Shown piece by piece: positions 22,819-31,186 of a stretch of 58,347 nucleotides of DNA. Position 1 is the first letter of the stretch. Each line of letters opens with the position of its first letter. Under the pieces are notes generated by a model. That model did no database searches. It had not been told where the DNA came from and saw only the letters and a list, made by a program, of their open reading frames with translations. The stretch comes from Methanotrichaceae archaeon (GTDB lineage: Archaea; Halobacteriota; Methanosarcinia; Methanotrichales; Methanotrichaceae), in the NCBI GenBank assembly GCA_963754945.1, contig CAVWIG010000027.1, forward strand, positions 1 through 58,347, written 5' to 3'. Made by a program: the position numbers and the translations under genes.

Positions 22819-23058
22819 TCCAACCTCCTCGATAACTGATGAACGGTATCGCCTATCTATGCTATAAGAACTTTGTTAAAATAATCTCATAATCCTTATG
22901 AAAAGCCCTCAAATAATCATATCATATAAGAATTAATGGTTTAAATGCTACAAAATAGGTATTATAAACAACGAAAAAAGAAGCATAAGGCTCTTCAAAG
23001 GACGACAAACCTTTTCTATTACTGAACTAAGAGGGTGTCAAGCCACTGGAGAAGTAAA

Positions 23059-24450
23059 TCATCCCAAGGCCGAATCTGAATCTTTAGGACTTTCAGGATT
23101 ATCGAATTTACTCTCCTTTTTGACAGTAAGCTTTCTCGTAGATTTATTCATAGCCGCGTTTATCTCTCTGGCCAAATTTGTTATTCCGTTAAATCCTTCA
23201 AAAGCAAATGTTCGATGACAGCTAATATCACAGAATGGTATGCCTAGCTCTTGCGCTAGGAACTGTTCCTTTATCCCTCCAAGGAGCAGGTCCACCTTTC
23301 TCTTGACCAGCAGCTCTTCCAGATCGCAAGTATTCAGGTCGCTCTGGATGATCGCATTACAGCCAGCAGCATTGCAGATCTCTTGGCGATCTACCCAATC
23401 TCCTGGTAAACTGCTGACGAGTGCAGTCTCTATCCCTAGTTCCTGGAGTGCTTTAATTAAAGATGCGGCCTTTGAAGCCCCATTTACGTAGATCGCGGCC
23501 TTTTTTCCTGTTAGCTTTGCCCTGTGATGCTTTATCTGTCGCATGATTCTCTTTGTCTCTCTGGAGATCATCTTCTCGCACTCATCGATCATGCAGGGAT
23601 TATCGAAGAACTCGGCCGTATCTCTAAGAGCTGAAGACATCGCTCCAATGCCCAAAAAGCTCACACGCCGGTAAGGTATGCCGTACTTTTTTTTGAGTTC
23701 CATTGCCAGAATTATCATAGAACTGCTGCAATGAACCAGGTTGAGCCCAGCACGGTGAGCCCTTTGAATCTCCTTTACTCTCGAGTCGCCGGTCATTGTA
23801 GATACGACTTCGATCCCCATCTCCTCGAAGTAGGACCTAACTGGCCATAGACCTCCCGCGATGTTGTATACCCCAAGGATGTTTACTGCGTAAGGGCTCC
23901 TGGGCATGTATGTCTTGCTTCCTATCAGCTTCAACAGAGCATTGCATGCCAATTGATATCCCAATTCTTTATTTTTTGAAAAATTCCCCGAGCCTACGAT
24001 TACGACAGGAATCCTTAGCTCTTTGCCCGCAGTTTTGCATATTGCCTTGATGTTTTCGTCTATTTTTCCTATTACACAGGAGATATAGACGAAGATGGCT
24101 GCAGGCTTGTGAACTGCATAAAGCGTTCGTATGGTCTGGGCAAGTTTTCTCTCGCTATTTGAGATGTCATCGTGTTCGTCTATGTTCGTAGAGAACCTAT
24201 TTTTATAAAATGTACACCCGCTGGAGACACATCTGCGGGCGTCCCAGGAGAAGCTAGCACATCTAAGCGGTCCATGGATGAGGTGAATGGAATCAGATAT
24301 GGGGCTTAAAACAGATATCGCCTTTAAACAGGGGCACGCCTCTAGTGTCAGATCTCGCCCGGAAATGTCATCATCGCATGCTAGATGCATCGACTCATTC
24401 AATATCAGAATTCGTTCGCCTCCGACCTCAATTGACTTAGATGCAGTCAT
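23059..24450 (-). CDS. stand-alone divergent NifE paralogue
   Basis: Colinear with nifE (e.g. PRSPY..N.LG.YN.AG.LW....YFEEMGIEVV.T.TGDSRV.EIQRAH); open full length; start ATG 24450 chosen by alignment (ORF track gives 24492). Confidence 0.85.
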   Translation of the reverse strand: MTASKSIEVGGERILILNESMHLACDDDISGRDLTLEACPCLKAISVLSPISDSIHLIHGPLRCASFSWDARRCVSSGCTFYKNRFSTNIDEHDDISNSERKLAQTIRTLYAVHKPAAIFVYISCVIGKIDENIKAICKTAGKELRIPVVIVGSGNFSKNKELGYQLACNALLKLIGSKTYMPRSPYAVNILGVYNIAGGLWPVRSYFEEMGIEVVSTMTGDSRVKEIQRAHRAGLNLVHCSSSMIILAMELKKKYGIPYRRVSFLGIGAMSSALRDTAEFFDNPCMIDECEKMISRETKRIMRQIKHHRAKLTGKKAAIYVNGASKAASLIKALQELGIETALVSSLPGDWVDRQEICNAAGCNAIIQSDLNTCDLEELLVKRKVDLLLGGIKEQFLAQELGIPFCDISCHRTFAFEGFNGITNLAREINAAMNKSTRKLTVKKESKFDNPESPKDSDSALG

Positions 24451-24498
24451 GATCCTTTTCGATAATGCCTTAGTTCCAAACGTCGTTCCCAAACTTGC

Positions 24499-24849
24499 TA
24501 AACCATCATGAAAAGACTTTAATCCCTTGTCTTTATATTGAATTATTTGAGAAGCTTACACACAATATCCCAACATCGCAGAAAAATTATGCGTTTCGAG
24601 CGTGCATTATATTCGATTGCAATTTGTTCACCATATTGCTTCTGAACAGCAGATGCTATGCAGATCTGATGCTAAACTATTCCAGTTCAAACTTTCGATT
24701 TTAAGCCCAAATTGCAGTTCGCCTCATTCTCATTCCGGACTTCTTGTAAACGACACAATATTAGAGGAGAACCAAAAAAAGAGTCTCAGCGATCGATGAA
24801 ATTCAAGAAGTGCCTTTAGTTATGTAGACCTTTCAAAGATGGATCGGGC
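24499..24849. repeat. ~350-bp diverged direct repeat, copy A
   Basis: Aligns by eye with 25518-25575 plus 26855-27137 along its length. Confidence 0.9.
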
Positions 24850-25058
24850 TGTGTCGCTTGCAGGATTGAAGGGAGATGAGAATGCTCCTGGATAACTGGC
24901 CTGGGGCGTTGCTGGCAACAGTTGGCTAGTCCGCAATTTGAAATCGCACATTTCTTACAATCACTTATTTGTTCTTATCAGATCTCAAATAGACTAATTA
25001 ATCTCGATAATCTAAAACTGCAATACTCTAGTTAACACGAGCTATTTGAGGGAAAAAT

Positions 25059-25460
25059 ATGAGAAATTTGATAGTATTCGGTCTGATCCTTTCGTTATTG
25101 GCTTTGAACTGCGCGGCAATGGCACCAGTGCAGCTCACTGGAACTGGTGGTAAAGATATCTTGACACAAATAGCCAGCACGAAAATAACCACACAACCAA
25201 CCAATGCTTCATCGGCAGGTCTTTGGAGTTGGGGATCGGTTCCCTATGGGAATATAATCTCAAACGGCAAATTGGTATCGACAGGGGACGATGGTAGTAC
25301 TATATTGGTCTATCCAGCATTTCCAATAAACGATACTCCAATCTACAGGCTCTCAGATCCAATGACGTCTAAATATGTCGCAAGCGACCTTAATGACCCT
25401 GATTACAACCGGGACTCATGGGCCATGGCTCAAGCAACTAATCAGCCTGTGTTATACTGA
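25059..25460 (+). CDS. secreted hypothetical protein
   Basis: GAGG RBS, N-terminal signal peptide (MRNLIVFGLILSLLALNCAA), LWSWG motif. Confidence 0.7.
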   Translation: MRNLIVFGLILSLLALNCAAMAPVQLTGTGGKDILTQIASTKITTQPTNASSAGLWSWGSVPYGNIISNGKLVSTGDDGSTILVYPAFPINDTPIYRLSDPMTSKYVASDLNDPDYNRDSWAMAQATNQPVLY

Positions 25461-25575
25461 AGCCTTTCAAGCCTGGTTTTGCCCATTTATTTTTTATATG
25501 TTCTTCGCTTAAGACTGTAAACCATCATGAAAGCTTTAATCCCTTGTCTTTATATCGAATTATTTGAGAAGCTTA

Positions 25576-26846
25576 GGCAGTGTAACGATTTTTCTGTACT
25601 TTGATAATAAGAATGATTATCGGCCCTGTATCCTATCCAATCTTGAGAAAAGGAGGACACAGGACCATGATACCCATAGCACTCTTGGAAGATTACCTTA
25701 TCGATCAGGAAGATGGACTAAAGAAGCTTCTGACCTGGTTCTTGAACCTTGTAATGCAGCTAGAAGCGGCGCAACAGGCAGATGCAGAACCGTATCAGAG
25801 AGTCGAATCCCGAAAGGCACATAGGAATGGCTACAAGGAAAGATCTCTGAAGACGCGAGTTGGAGAGCTCCGACTCAAGAAACCTCAATTCCGTGAAATT
25901 TCCTTCGAAACCAAGGTGTTCGACAGATTTTCGCGCGTAGAGAAGGCTTTGGTCAACGCTGTACTCGAATCGTATCTCCAGGGGGTTTCAACCAGGAGAA
26001 TCCAAGATATTGTCTCTCGATTTGGCATCGAGAATTTATCTGCCTCTAGCGTTTCCAGGATATCCAAAGAGCTTGACGAGAAGGTAGAAGAATTCCTGAA
26101 GAAACCTATCGAACGTCCTATTCCTTATCTTTATGTAGATGCAAGCTACTTCAAAGTAAGAACAGAATCAAGATATGTTACCAAAGCTTTCATGATCGTC
26201 ACAGGTGTTAGAGATGACGGTTATCGCGAGATACTTGGCGCAAGAATAGCTGACAGTGAAGATGAACTCTTCTGGTCGGGATTATTTCAAGATCTGGCGG
26301 ATCGTGGGTTGTCCGGAGTAAAGCTCGTGATATCAGATGGTCATAAGGGAATCCAGAAAGCGGTTGAGAAATCATTTCTTGGTGCTTCATGGCAAATGTG
26401 TCACGTTCACTTTTCAAGAGCGGTCTTGAGAAACGTTGCCAAGAAGTATCATAAGGAGATCGCCGATAAGATCAAGATCGCTCTGGAAGACGAAATCAAG
26501 ATACAGGACTTAGCGAAAGAATTGAGGGAAAGAGGTTATGCGAAATCTGCTGACACTATCGACCGCTTCAGATTCAGTCTGTGGAATTACAGGGCATTCC
26601 CCAGAGGTCACTGGAGAAGGATTCGGACTACAAACGGGCTGGAGAGGATCAACAAGGAGCTGAAAAGAAGATCCAGGGTAGTCGGTGCCTTCCCAAGTGA
26701 GAGCTCGTTCATGAGGTTAGGGGTTTCGATCCTCATCGATATCAACGAAGAATGGCTGACCGCTAAAAAGTATTTATCTATGGATGCTGATTGAGTATGT
26801 TGGGATACAGGGCAACTCCAAATTACAGAAATCTCGGCACACTACC
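25576..26846 (+). mobile_element. complete IS256-family element (1271 bp)
   Basis: TIRs GGCAGTGTAACGATTTTTCTGTA / GGTAGTGTGCCGAGATTTCTGTA; 8-bp target duplication GAAGCTTA at 25568-25575 and 26847-26854. Confidence 0.95.
25667..26794 (+). CDS. IS256-family (Mutator-type) transposase
   Basis: RNGYKER, GVSTRRI, YVDA, VISDGHKG, WQMCHVHF, IRTTNGLERINKELKRR. Confidence 0.95.
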   Translation: MIPIALLEDYLIDQEDGLKKLLTWFLNLVMQLEAAQQADAEPYQRVESRKAHRNGYKERSLKTRVGELRLKKPQFREISFETKVFDRFSRVEKALVNAVLESYLQGVSTRRIQDIVSRFGIENLSASSVSRISKELDEKVEEFLKKPIERPIPYLYVDASYFKVRTESRYVTKAFMIVTGVRDDGYREILGARIADSEDELFWSGLFQDLADRGLSGVKLVISDGHKGIQKAVEKSFLGASWQMCHVHFSRAVLRNVAKKYHKEIADKIKIALEDEIKIQDLAKELRERGYAKSADTIDRFRFSLWNYRAFPRGHWRRIRTTNGLERINKELKRRSRVVGAFPSESSFMRLGVSILIDINEEWLTAKKYLSMDAD

Positions 26847-27121
26847 GAAGCTTACACACAATCTATCCCAACATCGCAGAAATATTATGTGTTCGAGCAT
26901 GCTTCGTCGAATTGCAATTTGCGCCGATATTGCTTCTAACAGCGGATGATATGTCCGATCTGGTGCTAAACTATTCCAGCTTAAACTTTCGATTTTGAGC
27001 CCAATTGCAGTCCGACTCATTCTCATTCCGGACTTCTTGTTAACGACACCGAAATGGAGAAGAACCCAAAAGAGTCTCAGCGACGGATGAAATTCAAGAA
27101 GTACCTAGGTAGCAGACCATT

Positions 27122-27931
27122 TCAAGATGGATCGGGCGGCCCAAAAGTATGACCCTGCTCTACCGTCATGTCTCGTTTGGGCATCGCTGGTCCGGCTACT
27201 CCGCTCATTATCTCTCCACCCAAAGGCTGACCATCGAGGAGAACTCTGTAATCCCCGAAGTATTTTCCACTTTTAATTAAAAGTGTGCCCTGGCTGACCA
27301 CCCTTTCATCCTTTCCGCTCAATGATACATTCAGGTGGCCGATTGTAGTTGTGGTGTTGTTCTGAGCAGATCCGAACTTTGGCAGAGAGACGTCGGCATC
27401 CAAAACCGTTTTGTTTCCTTTTGGTGACATCGATATGCTGTCCAGCCTATAGATGTCACTTCCGATCCTCAGAACTCCGCGGTGAATTACTTCGCCTTCA
27501 TCTTTCCTTATCTCATTCCTTATCTCCTCTAGAGTCAGGTTGGACGCCATCAGCTTCCTGATGCTCATGACTTCCACAGGCCTCGAGCTCTCGATGCTGA
27601 CCCTAATCGAGTGGGATTCATTGCCTTTCAGGGCAAATCCACGCCAGCTCTGGAAGCTCACACCGAGAGCGCCATCCATTCCCCTAAATGGCTCGGCTGA
27701 GGAGTTATTTTCAGCTTCCTCTACAGAGGCGGAACAAGGCCAGAATCCTTGCCCGCCCCCGGGCGAAAGTAGATACGCCCCATCAGTGCCCCCTGCCCAA
27801 CCCTCATGCATCAACTCTTTTAGGACGGCTTTCTCCTCCGCTGCCTCTGCATGCAGGCCAGAGCAGGCTACGTACAGGATCATGAGCGCCAGCGCCGTGA
27901 ACTCAAGGGAGAGAATGATAGGTCTTAGCAT
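27122..27931 (-). CDS. secreted hypothetical protein
   Basis: N-terminal hydrophobic signal; 269-aa ORF downstream of the membrane-anchored HTH gene. Confidence 0.7.
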   Translation of the reverse strand: MLRPIILSLEFTALALMILYVACSGLHAEAAEEKAVLKELMHEGWAGGTDGAYLLSPGGGQGFWPCSASVEEAENNSSAEPFRGMDGALGVSFQSWRGFALKGNESHSIRVSIESSRPVEVMSIRKLMASNLTLEEIRNEIRKDEGEVIHRGVLRIGSDIYRLDSISMSPKGNKTVLDADVSLPKFGSAQNNTTTTIGHLNVSLSGKDERVVSQGTLLIKSGKYFGDYRVLLDGQPLGGEIMSGVAGPAMPKRDMTVEQGHTFGPPDPS

Positions 27932-27990
27932 CAGATTCCTCTACAATACCATTCCATAACACTTCGTCGTGATGGCCGATTTCCATACAA

Positions 27991-29238
27991 TTATTTTTTC
28001 TGTTCAAACTGCTCTTTTTTGGACAAGAACCAATCAGATAGCTCTATTGCATTTGTTCTGCCCCTCTCCTTCTTGGTTATCAGCTTCCTACGCTCCAGGG
28101 AGAGAAGAATGCCGGTCAAGGACGATTTAGGAATGCTTGTTTCGTATCTTATGTCCGCCTGGTTCATCTTTCCGTTATGCTCTATTAAAGTGGACAAAAC
28201 TGCCCTTTCCCTGGCGGTAAGCGTTTCCATGACAGCAGCCATCTCGCTGGTGATCTCAATGCCGGTGATCTCCAAACCAGCTTGAACACGCTCATCTCTT
28301 TTTGCGATCTCTTCGTCATCGTAATGTTGATCACTGCCGAATTTGAAGGACATCTCGCCCTGTTTCTCGACGTCAGCATCCTTCAGATCAACTGGAATCT
28401 CATCCGGTGCCGATGGCCCAGGGTTGGTCTCGTCGGGCAGATCGTCAACCTCTACGAAGTAATCTACGGGTTCAGGCGATTCGTTCTCGGCAGGTGTCTG
28501 GTTGACGTCGTGAGCTAGGTTTGACACGACGGGAACTTCACCGGACTTGCCCTGGGGCTCGCCTATCTGGCTTTTAGAATCTATGTTCTGATCGGTCACA
28601 GAAGATTGCGATGCACCCCTTCTTCTGATCCAGAAAAACAAGGATACAGACACAAGAGACAATCCCAATATCGCCGCCAGTGGAACAAGTGAGCTGGTGT
28701 TTGACGCTTTAGGTGCGCCTGCCCCTTGTAGCGGCAGCTGATAATCCATGGTGATGGTTGGGCTCTTTACATCATACCCGTGAAAGTCCACTTGAAAAGA
28801 ATCGTTAGCCGCCGACACAAGATAATCGAGTCCTGGAGAGGAGTCGATCTTGCTAATCCTCACCGATGCTGGCAAATAGAATATAGAATGGTACTCGCTG
28901 TAGTTTCCGTGGGCGGGGAGCGTTGTTTCCCAATCGTCCCCCGATTTGTCCGTCAGCGAGTTGGTAAGGGCGTACAGTTGTTTGGTATGATTATCGTACT
29001 TGTACTGGGAACCATTTAGAAAAGGCATACCGTCTATGCTGTCGGCATACCCGGTAATCAGGGCCTTGCCTCCCTCATCGATGTAGATGTTGAGAACGAG
29101 GTTACCAGGATAAGTGCCGTTGTTCTGAGTGCTATTGTAGCCCTGACTCGTGGCCCCAATCATCATCGTCGTGGCTATGACACCTATGATAACGACGTTG
29201 AGCAAGCCGGTGTTGATAGGTTCAGTCTTTTTCGTCAT
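27991..29238 (-). CDS. membrane-anchored protein with C-terminal wHTH (COG2512-like membrane transcription regulator)
   Basis: Signal peptide, extracellular beta domain, TM (LAAILGLSLVSVSLFFW-IRRR), acidic linker, LTARERAVL...QADIRYETSIPKSSLT...LERRKLI...GRTN. Confidence 0.8.
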   Translation of the reverse strand: MTKKTEPINTGLLNVVIIGVIATTMMIGATSQGYNSTQNNGTYPGNLVLNIYIDEGGKALITGYADSIDGMPFLNGSQYKYDNHTKQLYALTNSLTDKSGDDWETTLPAHGNYSEYHSIFYLPASVRISKIDSSPGLDYLVSAANDSFQVDFHGYDVKSPTITMDYQLPLQGAGAPKASNTSSLVPLAAILGLSLVSVSLFFWIRRRGASQSSVTDQNIDSKSQIGEPQGKSGEVPVVSNLAHDVNQTPAENESPEPVDYFVEVDDLPDETNPGPSAPDEIPVDLKDADVEKQGEMSFKFGSDQHYDDEEIAKRDERVQAGLEITGIEITSEMAAVMETLTARERAVLSTLIEHNGKMNQADIRYETSIPKSSLTGILLSLERRKLITKKERGRTNAIELSDWFLSKKEQFEQKK

Positions 29239-29419
29239 TTCGCGAAGTCCAGCCCTTTGATCATCGACATCGAATGATACTTAATTACCTACTTAAAGTT
29301 TGAGCCTCCGGGCTTAGAACTTGAATAGGATTTCTCACTTGTAAATACTTTGCTAGCTTTATCGTGTTCACTTATTCGATAATGAGAAGTGCGTCTTGTT
29401 GCTAATCACAATTCGGGGT

Positions 29420-31060
29420 CTACTTCAAGCGGGTCCTGCTGGCCACCGGCATCCTCCAGCCGCTGCCGAAGGCCCGGTCCGTGACCTTAATTCCAGGGGC
29501 GGCTTGCTTCCTCTTGAACTCCGCAGCTTTGACTAGGCGCAAGACTTGGCGAACGATCGATGGATCGTTGCCCGCACCCGTTATTTCCTCAGCGGACTGA
29601 TGCTGTTCGATGTATCTGGCAAGGATCTCATCCAGGACATCGTAGGGCGGCAGGCTGTCCCTGTCGGTCTGGTTGTACCGCAGCTCTGCGGATGGCGCTT
29701 TAGTCAGGATTGCCTCAGGAATGATCTCTCTGCTTCGGGTCGAGTTAAGCCATCTGGCTATCCGATACACCATGGTCTTGGGGACATCAGATATTACCGC
29801 CAGGCCTCCGGACATGTCGCCGTAGATGGTGCAGTAGCCAACTGCCAGCTCAGACTTGTTGCCGGTCGTGAGGAGAATGGATCCGTACTTGTTGGACAGA
29901 GCCATGAGCAGGTTGCCTCTGATTCTTGCTTGAATGTTCTCCTCAGTCACATCGTGAGGATGGCCCTCAAAGGCCGGACGAAGCTGCCGATCGATGGACT
30001 CCATTATATCAGTGATGGGAATTCTCAATGTCCTTATTCCCAAGGTTTGAGCCAGATGCTCTGAGTCCTTAATGCTGCCTTTGCTCGAATAGATGGAGGG
30101 CATGAGGACTCCCAGAACGTTCTTTGGGCCCAGGGCCTCGGACGCGATTGCCGCTGTCAGCGCAGAGTCGACTCCTCCGGACAGTCCAAGAAGAACCTCC
30201 TTAAATCCGCACTTGTCCACGTAGTCTCTGGTGCCTAAGACCAGAGCCTTCCATATCTCCGCCTCAGGGGTGAAATCGTCCTCTGCGATGATGCCTGACA
30301 TGGTGTCCATGTCAACGGTTACCAGGTCCTCCTGGAAGGCCTTTCCGCGGGCGATCAAGCGGCCATCATAGTCGAAGGCGCAGCTTCGGCCGTCGAAGAC
30401 CAGATCGTCGTTCCCGCCCACCTGGTTGACGTAGATGAAAGGAACCCGATACTTGCGAGCCATACAGCCCAACATGGCCTCGCGGTGGAGCTGCTTGCCT
30501 ACTGTGAAGGGGGATGCTGATAGGTTGATGACTCCTCGGGCCCCCGCCTTCACCAGCTCCTCGATCGGATCCGTGTGGTAGCGCCTCCGTTTCCAGAAGT
30601 CCCTGTCGTTCCAGATGTCCTCGCAGATGGATATTCCAAGCCTGGCTTTGCCAAGATCGAGAATCTGGGGCTCCGAGGCAGGCTCGAAGTAGCGGTCCTC
30701 ATCGAAGACGTCGTATGTAGGAAGCAGGGTCTTGTGAAAGGTACGCTCGACCTTGCCTTTGCGTAGCAGCGCTGCAGAGTTAAAGAGCGGCCTGCCTTCC
30801 TCACCTGGATTGGACTCGGCCAGGCCGACCAAGACAGGAGGTGCGTCTACCAGATCGGACGCCAGCGATCTTGCAACATCCCAGCTCTCGATGATGAAGT
30901 CCTCGTGTAAGAGCAGATCGCGAGGAGGGTATCCGAGAAGGGACAGCTCGGAGGTGATGACCAGGTCTGCATCTGCCTGGCGTACGGATCGAGCGATGAG
31001 ATCTGCGTTGCCCTTTAAGTCTCCCACGGTTGGGTTGAGCTGCAAGAGAGAGATTCTCAT
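29420..31060 (-). CDS. nadE: glutamine-dependent NAD+ synthetase
   Basis: Nitrilase domain (SEL, K.LLPTYDVFDEDRYF, ICEDIW) plus synthetase (GLSGGVDS, ENIQARIRG, TGNKSE, PSAEL). Confidence 0.95.
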   Translation of the reverse strand: MRISLLQLNPTVGDLKGNADLIARSVRQADADLVITSELSLLGYPPRDLLLHEDFIIESWDVARSLASDLVDAPPVLVGLAESNPGEEGRPLFNSAALLRKGKVERTFHKTLLPTYDVFDEDRYFEPASEPQILDLGKARLGISICEDIWNDRDFWKRRRYHTDPIEELVKAGARGVINLSASPFTVGKQLHREAMLGCMARKYRVPFIYVNQVGGNDDLVFDGRSCAFDYDGRLIARGKAFQEDLVTVDMDTMSGIIAEDDFTPEAEIWKALVLGTRDYVDKCGFKEVLLGLSGGVDSALTAAIASEALGPKNVLGVLMPSIYSSKGSIKDSEHLAQTLGIRTLRIPITDIMESIDRQLRPAFEGHPHDVTEENIQARIRGNLLMALSNKYGSILLTTGNKSELAVGYCTIYGDMSGGLAVISDVPKTMVYRIARWLNSTRSREIIPEAILTKAPSAELRYNQTDRDSLPPYDVLDEILARYIEQHQSAEEITGAGNDPSIVRQVLRLVKAAEFKRKQAAPGIKVTDRAFGSGWRMPVASRTRLK

Positions 31061-31186
31061 TTCTTCTTTTGGATATTCATCTTACGGAGATTAAACCATT
31101 TCGCAGATATTGGACTACGTGTTGGCATTATACAACAACTTCAAAATAGTTTAAGCAGTAGAGATAAATAGGGTCGATGTTTGGTA

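Larger units (their letters stand above)
25518..27137. repeat. ~350-bp diverged direct repeat, copy B (interrupted by IS256)
   Basis: TAAACCATCATGAAA...GAAGCTTA | IS | GAAGCTTACACACAAT...AGATGGATCGGGC matches copy A. Confidence 0.9.

Noticed and set aside
23059-24450. Alternative nitrogenase (vnf/anf) or CfbD/Nfl gene
   Set aside because: Extended colinear similarity to the adjacent nifE; no vnfG/anfG or partner subunit nearby
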